Under the pieces are notes generated by a model. That model made no database searches, had not been told where the DNA came from, and saw nothing but the letters and a program-made list of their open reading frames with translations. The translations under genes were made by a program, and so were the position numbers. A stretch of DNA of 62,779 bases, filler included, from Candidatus Tectimicrobiota bacterium (lineage in GTDB: Bacteria > JACPSX01), in NCBI GenBank assembly GCA_016193065.1. It is 7 parts of 7 records of this genome, joined end to end, with 100 filler letters (N's around TTAATTAATTAA, not from the genome) between each part and the next. Parts side by side here need not be neighbours in the genome. Positions count along the whole stretch, not along the records: positions 27,175 to 30,751 come from JACPSX010000084.1; positions 30,852 to 43,963 come from JACPSX010000087.1; 5 more parts are not named here. One strand, written 5' to 3'. Positions 29,200 to 38,713 of the stretch are shown here, piece after piece (position 1 is the stretch's first letter; each line of letters starts with the position of its first letter).

Positions 29200-30751
29200 T
29201 TACCTTGACACCGAAAAGACCGCCGGACCCCCTTTATGCAGCGCTTGGCGAGTGTCCTGTGAGTCAAGACCTGATTGATCGACCGAACGGCAGCGTCGCC
29301 ACATTTCGCACACTGGCTTTGCTTCCAGCAGACGCGACGACCATCGCAGCATATCCATTCCGTAAAGCCGATTCATCGCAGCCACCGCCCGCTCGATTCC
29401 TTGTCGGTCAGCCGTAGCCTCATAGCGAACCGACCGGCTGAAATCACTAATTGGCCGGTTTCCACCCCCGCCGTACCAGGCTTCGATATCATATTCCAAT
29501 TCGAAGGTGACGGGCTCGAAGGAATGCAGTTGTAACTCGAGCATTGGGAAGATATCGCGCACGGCGCGCGACCATGTTGATACGGCGCCCAACCACGCTA
29601 CCGGTTCAGCTCTCGTCTGCGCTAGCAAGAGCATAAGGTCCGCAGCTTCGCAAAAGTGGTTGACCACCACCTTCGGTACGAAATTGCGCATTACGTTTTC
29701 GCCGAGCTCCCCACTGAGAAGGCGCGCATAATTTTCGTCGGCGGCGATAAAGCGGCGCATGTCCTCAACTGAGTCGAACAGCTGTGTTTCCGCCGCTATA
29801 AAGTCGGCATAGATCGACCCGAGCGGTCCGTCTGAAACCTTAATGGCCTGCCAAAACTGGAGCAGCACGTCGAACCAGTCCACGCCAAGTTCACGACAGA
29901 CCGGACGGAGAAAATCGAATTGGGTCGACGACATAACTAGAAACACGAAGGACACCCCTCGACATTCGATGTAGTCTTCGAAACTCATTGTATTAGTGGC
30001 AACGCAGACCTCGTCAAATTCGAAAACACGCTCTCCGAGATATTCCCCGAATTGCCTCGGCAGCATACGAAATCGCGTTACCATCGCGTGACGCTGGCGG
30101 CTTTCTTTTGAAGCCAGCGCCGTCCCTTTCAGCAACATAGTCGTATACGCTAATGGCTGCTCCACGTGTGACTCCGCTAAACTGCGAAGCCCTGCGATGT
30201 AACTTTCCTTCGTCTCCTCTGGAAGGGGAACAATAATGGCTGCGTTTGTGGTAATACCGTTCCGCTTCATCTGCTCATAGACCTCGCGCACGTTTGACCC
30301 ACCGAGATTCGTGCGCTTTATCGTCTTCAGCGTATCTATGTTCATCGATTGAGGCGAGATCGACATAGAGATCCGGCGGTTCAACTTCTTCGCCACCTCG
30401 ATCAATCGTTGCAGCTGCGACTTTCCGGTGTCTACAATAAATGAGCGAGGCCAATCGAACTCCCGCTGTAGCTCGGCGATAGCCTCCGCGGTCTTGACGT
30501 CGTGCGGGTACATCCCGAAATTCGAATCGGCCAGAGCCAACGGTACGTCAGGAAACTTGGCCATACGTTCTGCAATATACCGCAGTTCTTCTGTAATCCG
30601 ATCAGTACTGAAGCGCGCAATCGTGCTATACCATTCGTCGCCCTGAACACAAAAAGTGCATGCATAAGGGCATCCGCGCGTCGTCTCAAGAAATGGCATG
30701 AAGTCGCCATAAAGGAAGCGATCCATCATCCCGGAGAGGATTGGTGATGGT
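29200..30751 (-). CDS. cobalamin-dependent-type radical SAM protein, 5'-truncated
   Basis: PSPIL.G, ETTRGCPYACTFC, LADSNFG, QS.N..TL..IKR.N, LPEETKES, L.GT.L. Confidence 0.82.
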
Positions 30752-30851
30752 NNNNNNNNNNNNNNNNNNNNNNNNNNNNNNNNNNNNNNNNNNNNTTAAT
30801 TAATTAANNNNNNNNNNNNNNNNNNNNNNNNNNNNNNNNNNNNNNNNNNNN
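30752..30851. other. artificial contig-join linker
   Basis: N44-TTAATTAATTAA-N44. Confidence 0.98.
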
Positions 30852-31271
30852 ATCCACTGTGACTTCCGTGGCCATGGAGTTCGAGATCAGACAGTACTGC
30901 TTGGCTTTTTGCAGAAGCCTCCCGACCGGCTCCTGATCCTCAGGACGGGAGAGCCAGACTTTGGGAGTCAGGTGAATCCGGGTCATCTTGAATTTGCCGT
31001 CAACGAATTCCAAAGTTCCCTCTGCCTGACTTTCAAACCCGATGAGGTTGACCTTGGCCTTTTCGGCCAGATAGAGGAAGGTCGTCATGAAGCAGCCGTT
31101 GGCTGAGGCGACGTAGAGGTCCTCGGGGCTCCAGAACCCCTCGGGTCCACCAAACTCCGGCGGGGTGGCCACCGGCAAGTCCGGCTTTCCTGCGCTGGAG
31201 AGAAGTCCCTTCTTGCCGTCCTGCCAGTAGATTGAGGATTGGTAAACGTGAGTTTTTGCCTGGATGCTCAT
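30852..31271 (-). CDS. OsmC-family protein, 3'-truncated
   Basis: PPEFGG..G.WSPEDL..AS..GCFM, AKQYCLISNS (two conserved Cys). Confidence 0.88.
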
Positions 31272-31407
31272 GTCATCCTCCTGTCGGCTGTCCCCCTCGC
31301 CTGTAGTGAGCCCGTTTCAACCAAAAGGGTGCGCGGGAAGCAATTTCCTTGACTGCAAGGCAAGGGGTTCAGTACAAGAGAGAGGGGGCGGAAAAACGGG
31401 GAACCGG

Positions 31408-33302
31408 ATGAGAGAATTTTTCAAGCCTCGCGCTGTGGCCGTCGTCGGCGCTTCCCGCGTGGAAGGCAAGGTGGGCCACAGCATCCTGCTGAATCTCCTG
31501 CGCGGCGGTTTTCCCGGAGCCATTTATCCCATCAACCCCGGTTCCCCGGACATCCTTGGAGTCAAGGCGTATCCGGACGTCTCTGCAATTCCCGCAGAAA
31601 TTGATCTGGCCGTATTGGTCATTCCCGCACCCCAAATCCTATCGGCTCTGGAAGCCTGCGTGGCCAAGGGGGCCCGGGGGGCCGTCGTCATATCGGCCGG
31701 CTTCAAGGAGATCGGTGGAGAAGGAGCCGCCCTGGAGCGTGAGCTGAAAAAGTGCGCCCGGGAGCTCGGGATTCGAGTCCTGGGACCCAACTGTCTTGGA
31801 GTCATCTCAACTCAGGGGCGCCTGAACGCGAGTTTTTCCCCCGGTATGCCTCCCGAAGGAGGCATCGGTTTTTTTTCTCAATCAGGAGCCCTGGGGACGG
31901 CGATCCTGGATTGGGCCGTGGGGCAGCGGATCGGGCTCTCCAGGTTCTTGAGCCTCGGCAACAAAATGGACCTCTCCGAAGTGGACGCGGTGCGGGCCAT
32001 GGCCGAGGATCCGGACACGAAGGTGATCCTGGGTTATGTGGAGGGAATTGAGCAGGGGCGGGAGTTCATGGCAGCGGCCCTGGCCGCCTCCCGTAAAAAA
32101 CCCCTGATCATGTATAAAGCAGGAACCACCTCGGCGGGAGCCAGAGCGGCCTCCTCCCATACGGGGGCCCTGGTGGGCTCCGACAAGGCGGTGGAGGCGG
32201 CCTTCCGGCAATCCGGGGTTTTTCGAGTATATTCTCTGGAGGACCTCTTTGATCTGGCTCAGGCCTTCAGCTCCCAACCACTCCCCTCGGGGCCCCGCCT
32301 TTTGATCTTGACGAACGCGGGAGGTCCGGGGATCATCGCGGCCGACGCGGTCGAGAAGGCCCGGGTGGAGCTTGCCCGGCTCTCCGACGAAACCGTTGCC
32401 CGCTTGCGTCAGTTTATGCCCCCGACGGCGGCCCTTTATAATCCGGTGGACGTCATCGGAGACGCCCGGGCGGATCGCTATCAGAAGGCGCTGGAAGTGC
32501 TGCTGCCGGACCCCGGGGTGGACGGGGTCCTGGTTCTGTTGACTCCCCAGGCAATGACCGAGATTGACAAGACCGCGCAACTTATCGGGCAGGCGTCTGC
32601 GGCCTCGGGAAAACCGATTCTGACTTCCTTTATGGGGGAGGCCAGCATGGGAGAGGCCCGCGAGATTCTACGGCGCTATCACGTACCGGACTACCCATAT
32701 CCCGAAGAAGCCGTCAAGGCGTTTGAGGCGCTGGCTGTTTACCGGAGCCGGCGGGATTCTCCGAGCGAGCATCCCGTCACGTTTCCCTGCCGCGGGCAGG
32801 AGGCCAGGGAAAGGATCCGGAAGGCTCGAAGGCAAGGCAGAATCAATCTTGGAGAGTCCGAAGCCCGCTTTGTCGCCGAGGCCTTCGGTTTCCGGTTTCC
32901 GCGCAGCGTGGTCGCTCAGACGGCGGATGAAGCTGTCAACGCCGCGGAAGAGACGGGGTATCCCGTGGTGCTCAAGATCGTCTCTCCGGAGATTCTTCAC
33001 AAGACCGACGTGGGTGGGGTGAAAGTCGGCCTGCGTGGCCCGAAAGAGGTCCGTGAAGGGTTCCTGGAAATCACCACCCGCGTGAGACGCCTGTTTCCCG
33101 ACCCTTGCTGCTCGGAGTGCGAGGAGAGAAGCCTGCGGATCTGCAGGCCCTCGTTGAAAGCCTGCAGCGTCTCTCCCAGCTTGCTATGGAACTTCCCGAG
33201 GTTTTGGAGATGGATATCAATCCACTCATTGTCCGGCCGGCCGGAGAAGGTGCCGTGGCCATTGACGTGCGGATGTCGCTCGTCCACGAGGAGGCCCCAT
33301 GA
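31408..33302 (+). pseudogene. acetate--CoA ligase (ADP-forming), fused alpha-beta, with a deletion/frameshift near 33100 (possibly an assembly error)
   Basis: AVVGAS, GPNCLG, SQSGA, SLGNK.D, AASSHTGAL (phospho-His), TNAGGPG, NPVD, KIVSP.I.HKTDVGGV; C-terminal L.GVRG..D..EMDINPL in another frame. Confidence 0.88.
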
Positions 33303-34360
33303 AATCGCTATACATTGGTTCCACGGGAGATTATTCGGGAAAGACCCTGGTCACGATGGGGTTGGCGATGGCTCTGCAGAAACAGGGTTTTAGCGTCGGG
33401 TATCTGAAGCCTCTGGGAAGGCTCCCCATTGTTGTGGAAGGGGAAGCCGTTGACGGCGATGCGGAATTTCTCAAGAAGATCCTGCATCTGACGGATCCTC
33501 TGAGCCTGATCTCTCCTGTTGTCCTCACTCACGAGCTCGTCGTGCAGCACTACAAAGGGGCTCTGCCGGATCTGCTCCCGAAGGTGGTGGCGGCCCATGC
33601 CCAGGTCTCTCGGGACAAGGACCTGGTCCTGATCGGAGGAGCCGGGAATTTCATGGGAGGGACCTTTCTGGATCTGGAGATTACCCGGGTCTGCGAGGCC
33701 CTTGCTTCCCAGGTTCTACTGGTTGATTCTTCCGATCCGCAGCGCGGCTATGACGCGCTCTTTGTGGCGCGGGAGATCCTGGGAGACCGCCTGATCGGCG
33801 TGATCCTCAATCGGGTTTCCTCCTTACTGCATAACATGGTGGAGGAGATGGCGATTCCCTTCCTGACTAAGTCGGGGTTCCGGATCCTGGGTGTTCTCCC
33901 TCACGACCCGCTTCTTGACGCCATCACCGTAGGCCAGCTCCAGGAGCTGTTGGATGGGAAGATCCTGTGCGCCGCGGATCGACTGGATGAGCTGGTTGCC
34001 AACTTCAGCGTCGGGGCCATGGATCTGGACAAGGCCATGAGCTACTTTCGCAAGCTCCCCAACAAGGCCGTCATCACCGGAGCAAACCGTCCCGACCTGC
34101 AGCTTGCCGCTCTGGAGACAGCCACCAAATGCCTCATCCTCACCGGGAATCAATCTCCCAACGAGATCATTATTTCACGGGCCCGGGAGCTGCGGGTTCC
34201 CATCATCGTGGTCCCCTACGATACCTTCACGACGGTGGATCGGGTCGAGCATTTCATGGGCCGGATCCGCATCCGGGAGCAGCAGAAAGTGGAGAAGGCC
34301 CGCCAGCTTCTGGAAGAGCGCCTGGACTACCGCGCTCTCCTGCAGGCGCTGCAACTGTAG
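33299..34360 (+). CDS. phosphotransacetylase-family protein (BioD-like N-domain plus DRTGG domain)
   Basis: YSGKT..GL, GYLKP, VGAM, ITGANRPDLQLAALE, CLILTG; ATGA-coupled to the CoA ligase. Confidence 0.85.
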   Translation: MKSLYIGSTGDYSGKTLVTMGLAMALQKQGFSVGYLKPLGRLPIVVEGEAVDGDAEFLKKILHLTDPLSLISPVVLTHELVVQHYKGALPDLLPKVVAAHAQVSRDKDLVLIGGAGNFMGGTFLDLEITRVCEALASQVLLVDSSDPQRGYDALFVAREILGDRLIGVILNRVSSLLHNMVEEMAIPFLTKSGFRILGVLPHDPLLDAITVGQLQELLDGKILCAADRLDELVANFSVGAMDLDKAMSYFRKLPNKAVITGANRPDLQLAALETATKCLILTGNQSPNEIIISRARELRVPIIVVPYDTFTTVDRVEHFMGRIRIREQQKVEKARQLLEERLDYRALLQALQL

Positions 34361-34401
34361 CTGAGAGCCTAGAGCTAAGTGCTGAGGGCTGAGTGCCTAT
34401 T

Positions 34402-34427
34402 GTCATTCCCGCGCAGGCGGGAATGAC
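34402..34427. repeat. REP-like palindrome
   Basis: GTCATTCCCGC-GCAG-GCGGGAATGAC. Confidence 0.7.
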
Positions 34428-34564
34428 GAAAGCGCAGCAATTGTGACACCATATCCAAACGTCCCGAGTAATAATTTTCGATGCCAATGCCGTTGACGGG
34501 GGATGAAGACTGCGGTACAAGGGAGATTGTTCGGGCCGGGCCTGTTGCGGAGAAGGAGGGGGAA

Positions 34565-35158
34565 TTGGTCGATTCTTCGGATCAACAGATCATTGAGCGG
34601 GTCAATCAAGGCGATCCGGCCGCCTTTGAAGAACTCCTGGAACGATATGAAGAGAAGATCTTCCACTTCGGCATGCGCATGTGCGGCCAGGTGGAGGACG
34701 CCCGCGATTTGCTGCAGGAGACCTTCCTGAACGCCTTCCGGTACCTGAAGGGTTTTCGGGGGGAGGCCCAGTTCAAGAACTGGCTTTACAAGATCGCCAG
34801 CAGCGTGTGCATCAAGATGCGGCGCAAGGGGAAGTTCGAGCCGGACTTTGAAATTTCCCTTGACCAGCTTGTTCCCACGGAAGATGGAGAAGTCCCTCAG
34901 GAAATTCCCGATTGGGCTTTAGAGCCCCTGGAGAACGTGCTGAGCAAGGAGGTCCGCCGGCGCCTTTCGGAGGCTCTGGCCCTCCTTCCCAAGGAGTACC
35001 GCATTGTCCTGGTCCTGAGGGACATGGAAGGCTTTTCCACGGAAGAGACAGCGGAGACCCTGGGCATTAGCGAGGCGGCCGTCAAGTCGCGCTTGCACAG
35101 GGCGCGGCTGTTTGTGCGGCACAAGCTCCACGAGTATTTTCAAGGAAGGAAACCGTGA
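34565..35158 (+). CDS. ECF sigma-70 factor
   Basis: GD..AFEEL, DLLQETF, FKNWLYKIA, LP..YR.V.VLRDMEG.S..E.A..LG.S..AVKSRLHRAR; probable TTG start with AGGAGG RBS. Confidence 0.92.
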   Translation: MVDSSDQQIIERVNQGDPAAFEELLERYEEKIFHFGMRMCGQVEDARDLLQETFLNAFRYLKGFRGEAQFKNWLYKIASSVCIKMRRKGKFEPDFEISLDQLVPTEDGEVPQEIPDWALEPLENVLSKEVRRRLSEALALLPKEYRIVLVLRDMEGFSTEETAETLGISEAAVKSRLHRARLFVRHKLHEYFQGRKP

Positions 35159-35391
35159 TGGACGAGGGCTGCCGAAAACTCTTTGAGCGCATGTCGGAGT
35201 ACCTGGACGGCGAGCTTGATCTCAAGGAGCTGGCCGATATCGAGTCCCACCTGCATCTCTGTCATCACTGCGAGGCGTGCCTGGCGGCTCTGCGCCGCAC
35301 CATCGAGGTTTGCCGTTCGCACAGCGTCCCCTCCATGCCCACGGAAGTCCGCCGGGAACTGCACGAGCTGATTCGCAAAAACCTGTCTTGA
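35155..35391 (+). CDS. soluble zinc-finger (zf-HC2/ZAS) anti-sigma factor
   Basis: C...MSEYLDGEL...HLHLCHHC (HxxxCxxC); no TM helix; overlaps the sigma stop. Confidence 0.88.
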   Translation: MMDEGCRKLFERMSEYLDGELDLKELADIESHLHLCHHCEACLAALRRTIEVCRSHSVPSMPTEVRRELHELIRKNLS

Positions 35392-35548
35392 GCAAAGCCT
35401 GCCCTGAGCAGAGCCGAAGGGTCGAAGGACCTGCGCTGAGCTCCCTCTTGCTCCTCTTGTGAAAAATAATGCAACTGACCTATTGCACCACAGAACCCCT
35501 GGGCCAAGGTTAAAGGTGTAGCTGGAAGTATTTGATTTACTACAAGTT

Positions 35549-35562
35549 CTAGCGATCGCTCG
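35549..35562. promoter_or_regulatory. putative TetR operator
   Basis: near-perfect 14-bp palindrome CTAGCGATCGCTCG about 50 nt upstream of tetR. Confidence 0.45.
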
Positions 35563-35614
35563 GAAGTCCTGGGGGCGGGCGACTTCCGGTTCTCAGTCAC
35601 AATTGGCGGTAGTC

Positions 35615-36259
35615 ATGGAATACCAGGGTCGGTTGCAGGAAGTCCTGCGTCAGGCCGCAGCTCTCTTTTCCGAGAAAGGGTACCCGTCCGCTTCGATCCG
35701 GGACCTGTCGCGGGTTTCCGGCCGGAGCATGGCGGGCCTTTACTACTATTTCGCGGGGAAGGAGGAACTGCTCTACCGGATCTGCGCTCAAAGCCTCCAG
35801 GAGATTCTCGAGGAGCTCGACCGATCTCTACCCCAAATCGCCCCCCCTCAGGAAAAGCTCCGCTACCTCGTCGCGGTTCACCTGGACTATTTCCTCAACC
35901 ACCGGGACGAGATGCGGGTCCTCTCTCAGGATTCGGAATTTCTCCAGGGAGAGCATAAGGAAAAGCTGGCTGAGCAGCAAAAGGGCTATTACCTGCTCTG
36001 TCAACAGGTGTTGCGAGAGGTTTGGGAAGAAGCCGGAAGCGGCCAGGAGATTTCCCGAGAGGAGCTGCGGCTCTCGACCCTGGCCCTTTTCGGGATGATC
36101 AACTGGGTTTACAAATGGTACGAGCCGGGCAAGGACCTCTCCTCCAGAGATCTTGCGGACTGGATGACGCGGTTCTTTCTGGAAGGGTACCTGGGGAGCC
36201 CAGCAACTTCTCCGTTTCCGGAACAGAGTCTCCGGGGGATCGACAGTCGGATGGAATGA
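35615..36259 (+). CDS. TetR-family regulator (KstR2/PaaR-like C-terminus)
   Basis: AAALFSEKGY..ASIRDL...S.AGLYYYF.GKEELL; GMINWVYKWYEP. Confidence 0.92.
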   Translation: MEYQGRLQEVLRQAAALFSEKGYPSASIRDLSRVSGRSMAGLYYYFAGKEELLYRICAQSLQEILEELDRSLPQIAPPQEKLRYLVAVHLDYFLNHRDEMRVLSQDSEFLQGEHKEKLAEQQKGYYLLCQQVLREVWEEAGSGQEISREELRLSTLALFGMINWVYKWYEPGKDLSSRDLADWMTRFFLEGYLGSPATSPFPEQSLRGIDSRME

Positions 36260-36266
36260 ATCGGTC

Positions 36267-36290
36267 GGGCGCAATGAATTGCGCCCCTAC
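36267..36290 (-). repeat. GTAG-type REP palindrome
   Basis: GTAGGGGCGCAATTCATTGCGCCC on the minus strand. Confidence 0.7.
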
Positions 36291-36358
36291 TATAGATTCA
36301 CGTCCACAAAGCGACAGGTCTTGTTACGGGTTCCCGGCGGGGCAGAGGTCAACGGGCC

Positions 36359-37783
36359 ATGCAATCCAGCCAGTGTCCCGGGTTTCAAGGCTACAGACTC
36401 CATTTCGACGCGCCCAGCGAGTCCTTGCGCCGGCGCATTGACGACCATCCCTGTTACAGCGAGGAAGCACATTGCTTCTTTGCCCGAATTCATCTGGCCG
36501 TGGCGCCTCGCTGCAATGTTTTTTGCAACTACTGCAACCGCAAGTTTGACTGTCCCAACGAGAGCAGGCCTGGAGTTGCCAGCACGGTCTTAAACCCGAA
36601 AGAGGCCGTGAGGCAAGTTGAACTTGTCCTGGAGAGGGTTCCCTGGACTACGGTCGTGGGAATTGCCGGACCCGGGGATCCGCTGGCCAACCCCCAAGAA
36701 TCCCTACAGACCTTCCGGCTGGTGCACCGTGAATTTCCCGATCTGATGCTCTGCCTTTCGACGAATGGGCTCGCGCTAACGGACCACCTGGATGAACTCG
36801 TCGAATTGGGGGTCAGCCATGTCACTCTCACCATCAACATGGTTGACCCGGAGGTCGGCCGGAGCATTTACTCCTGGGTGCGCTATGGAGGCATTGTGTA
36901 TCGGGGGTGGGAGGGGGCTGAACTGCTTCGCATCCAGCAGATGCGGGCCCTCGAAGAGCTCCGTCGCCGGGATATTCTTACCAAGGTGAACATTGTCCTC
37001 ATTCCGGAGGTCAATGACTTCCATCTCCCGGAAGTCGTCAAGGAAGTTCAGAGAAGGGGAGCTTTTCTCGTCAACGTGATCCCGCTCCTTCTGGTTCCCG
37101 GGAGCAAGTTTGAGAAGCAAGAGGTCCGGGAGCCCAGCCTGGAGGAGCGGAGAGTCATTCAGGACCTTTGTGAACGGAAGCTGGGCGTGCAAGTCATGCG
37201 TCACTGCCGCCTGTGCCGGGCTGATGCCGCCGGATTTTTGGGACAACAAGAAGAGACAAGTCCACGACCTGCCCGGACTCCGCAAGATCGGGGAGCCTTC
37301 CTGGCAGAAGCGAGACGCCGGCGTGACCGGGTGCGCCGGGTCCGGGAAGAAGTTCTCGAAACTCTCGTCGTCCTGGATGGCCGATCCCTGCGGGTGGCCG
37401 TTGCCTCTCGGGGAGGGAGGCTTGTAAACGAACATTTCGGGAGGACCCGGGAGTTTTTAATCTTTGAGGTGACCTCCGGGGCCATCCGGCTCCTGGAGAT
37501 CCGGCCCGTGGCAGGATATTGCACTGGACCCCAGAGCTGCGGAGACGAACCACAAAGTCTTAGTTCCTTGATTTCTTTGCTGAGCGACTGCCACATGGTG
37601 CTGTGCAGTCGGATCGGGCTGGATCCGGTCAAGGCTTTGAGGCAGGCAGGCATACGTCCCGTAGAAGCTTACGGTTTCATTGACCGGGCCATCGCCGGCG
37701 CCGTCAGCGCCCACGTAGGGGTACCCGCCGGAAACTACGTCACTGCAGGGAAGGAGGTTGATGAGCCATCGGGGAATCTCTAG
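36359..37783 (+). CDS. nifB: nitrogenase cofactor biosynthesis radical SAM protein NifB with C-terminal NifX-like domain
   Basis: HPCYS..AH..FARIHLAVAP.CNVFCNYCNRKFDCPNESRPG, GIAGPGDPLAN, LCLSTNGL, HCRLCRADA, VAVAS.GG.LVNEHFG. Confidence 0.95.
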   Translation: MQSSQCPGFQGYRLHFDAPSESLRRRIDDHPCYSEEAHCFFARIHLAVAPRCNVFCNYCNRKFDCPNESRPGVASTVLNPKEAVRQVELVLERVPWTTVVGIAGPGDPLANPQESLQTFRLVHREFPDLMLCLSTNGLALTDHLDELVELGVSHVTLTINMVDPEVGRSIYSWVRYGGIVYRGWEGAELLRIQQMRALEELRRRDILTKVNIVLIPEVNDFHLPEVVKEVQRRGAFLVNVIPLLLVPGSKFEKQEVREPSLEERRVIQDLCERKLGVQVMRHCRLCRADAAGFLGQQEETSPRPARTPQDRGAFLAEARRRRDRVRRVREEVLETLVVLDGRSLRVAVASRGGRLVNEHFGRTREFLIFEVTSGAIRLLEIRPVAGYCTGPQSCGDEPQSLSSLISLLSDCHMVLCSRIGLDPVKALRQAGIRPVEAYGFIDRAIAGAVSAHVGVPAGNYVTAGKEVDEPSGNL

Positions 37784-37844
37784 CCAGTTAGACCGCGAAG
37801 CGAAGGTTGGGGGGCCGTAAAACAGAGAAGGGAGGTGGAGAAAG

Positions 37845-38699
37845 ATGCCGCCGGCAATGAGACAAATCTCGATCTACGGAAAGGGAGGGGTAGGAAAATC
37901 CACGGTTGCCAGCAACACCTCGGTCGCCCTGGCGGAAATGGGCCGCCGGGTCATGCAGATGGGATGTTCTCCGAAAGCCGACTCGACCTATCTGTTGTTG
38001 GGTCACATGTGTCACCCCACAGTCCTCGATCAGGTCCGGGCCAAAGGCTATCGCAAACCCGAGTACATCGATGAGTGCCTGCAGATCGGGCACAAGGGGA
38101 TCGTGTGCGCCGAGGCGGGGGGGCCCGAACCTGCTCTGGGCTGCGCGGGGCGCGGGGTTTTGTTGGTCCTGGAACTGCTGCGCAAGTATCGTCTTCCGGA
38201 AAAGCACGAGGTGGATTTCCTGGTCTTCGATGTCATTGCGGACGTGGTCTGCGGCGGGTTTGCCCAGCCCATCCGCAGGGGGTATGCCAAGGAAACCTAT
38301 ATTGTCACCAGCGGGGAGCTCATGGCTCTGTACGCGGCCAACAACATCTGTAATGCGGTGAAGACCATGAACGAGCTCAAGGGGGCCCAGGTTTTCGTGG
38401 GTGGGCTCATCAACAACATGCGCGGGGTTCCCGGAGAGTTGGAGTTGGTGAGGGAGTTCGGGGAGATCATCGGAGTTCCGGTGGTTGCCAACATCCCCCA
38501 TTCCGATCTGATGCAGCGCGCGGAAACCCAGAAAAAGACTCTGGTGGAGAATTTCCCGGATTCCGCAGAGGCCCAGGAATTCCGCAGCTTTGCCCAACAG
38601 ATCCTGGAACCCCGGGGGATTATTCCCCAGCCGCTGGACCCCAAGGACAGTATTTCGGTAATTCGAGACCTCCTACGGAAGTACCAGGTCTTCGATTGA
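37845..38699 (+). CDS. NifH-like nitrogenase-family Fe protein 1
   Basis: YGKGGVGKST, GCSPKADST, EAGGPEP..GCAGRGV, FDVIADVVCGGFAQPIR, SGELMALYAANNI. Confidence 0.93.
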   Translation: MPPAMRQISIYGKGGVGKSTVASNTSVALAEMGRRVMQMGCSPKADSTYLLLGHMCHPTVLDQVRAKGYRKPEYIDECLQIGHKGIVCAEAGGPEPALGCAGRGVLLVLELLRKYRLPEKHEVDFLVFDVIADVVCGGFAQPIRRGYAKETYIVTSGELMALYAANNICNAVKTMNELKGAQVFVGGLINNMRGVPGELELVREFGEIIGVPVVANIPHSDLMQRAETQKKTLVENFPDSAEAQEFRSFAQQILEPRGIIPQPLDPKDSISVIRDLLRKYQVFD

Positions 38700-38713
38700 G
38701 GGAGGTGAACGCC

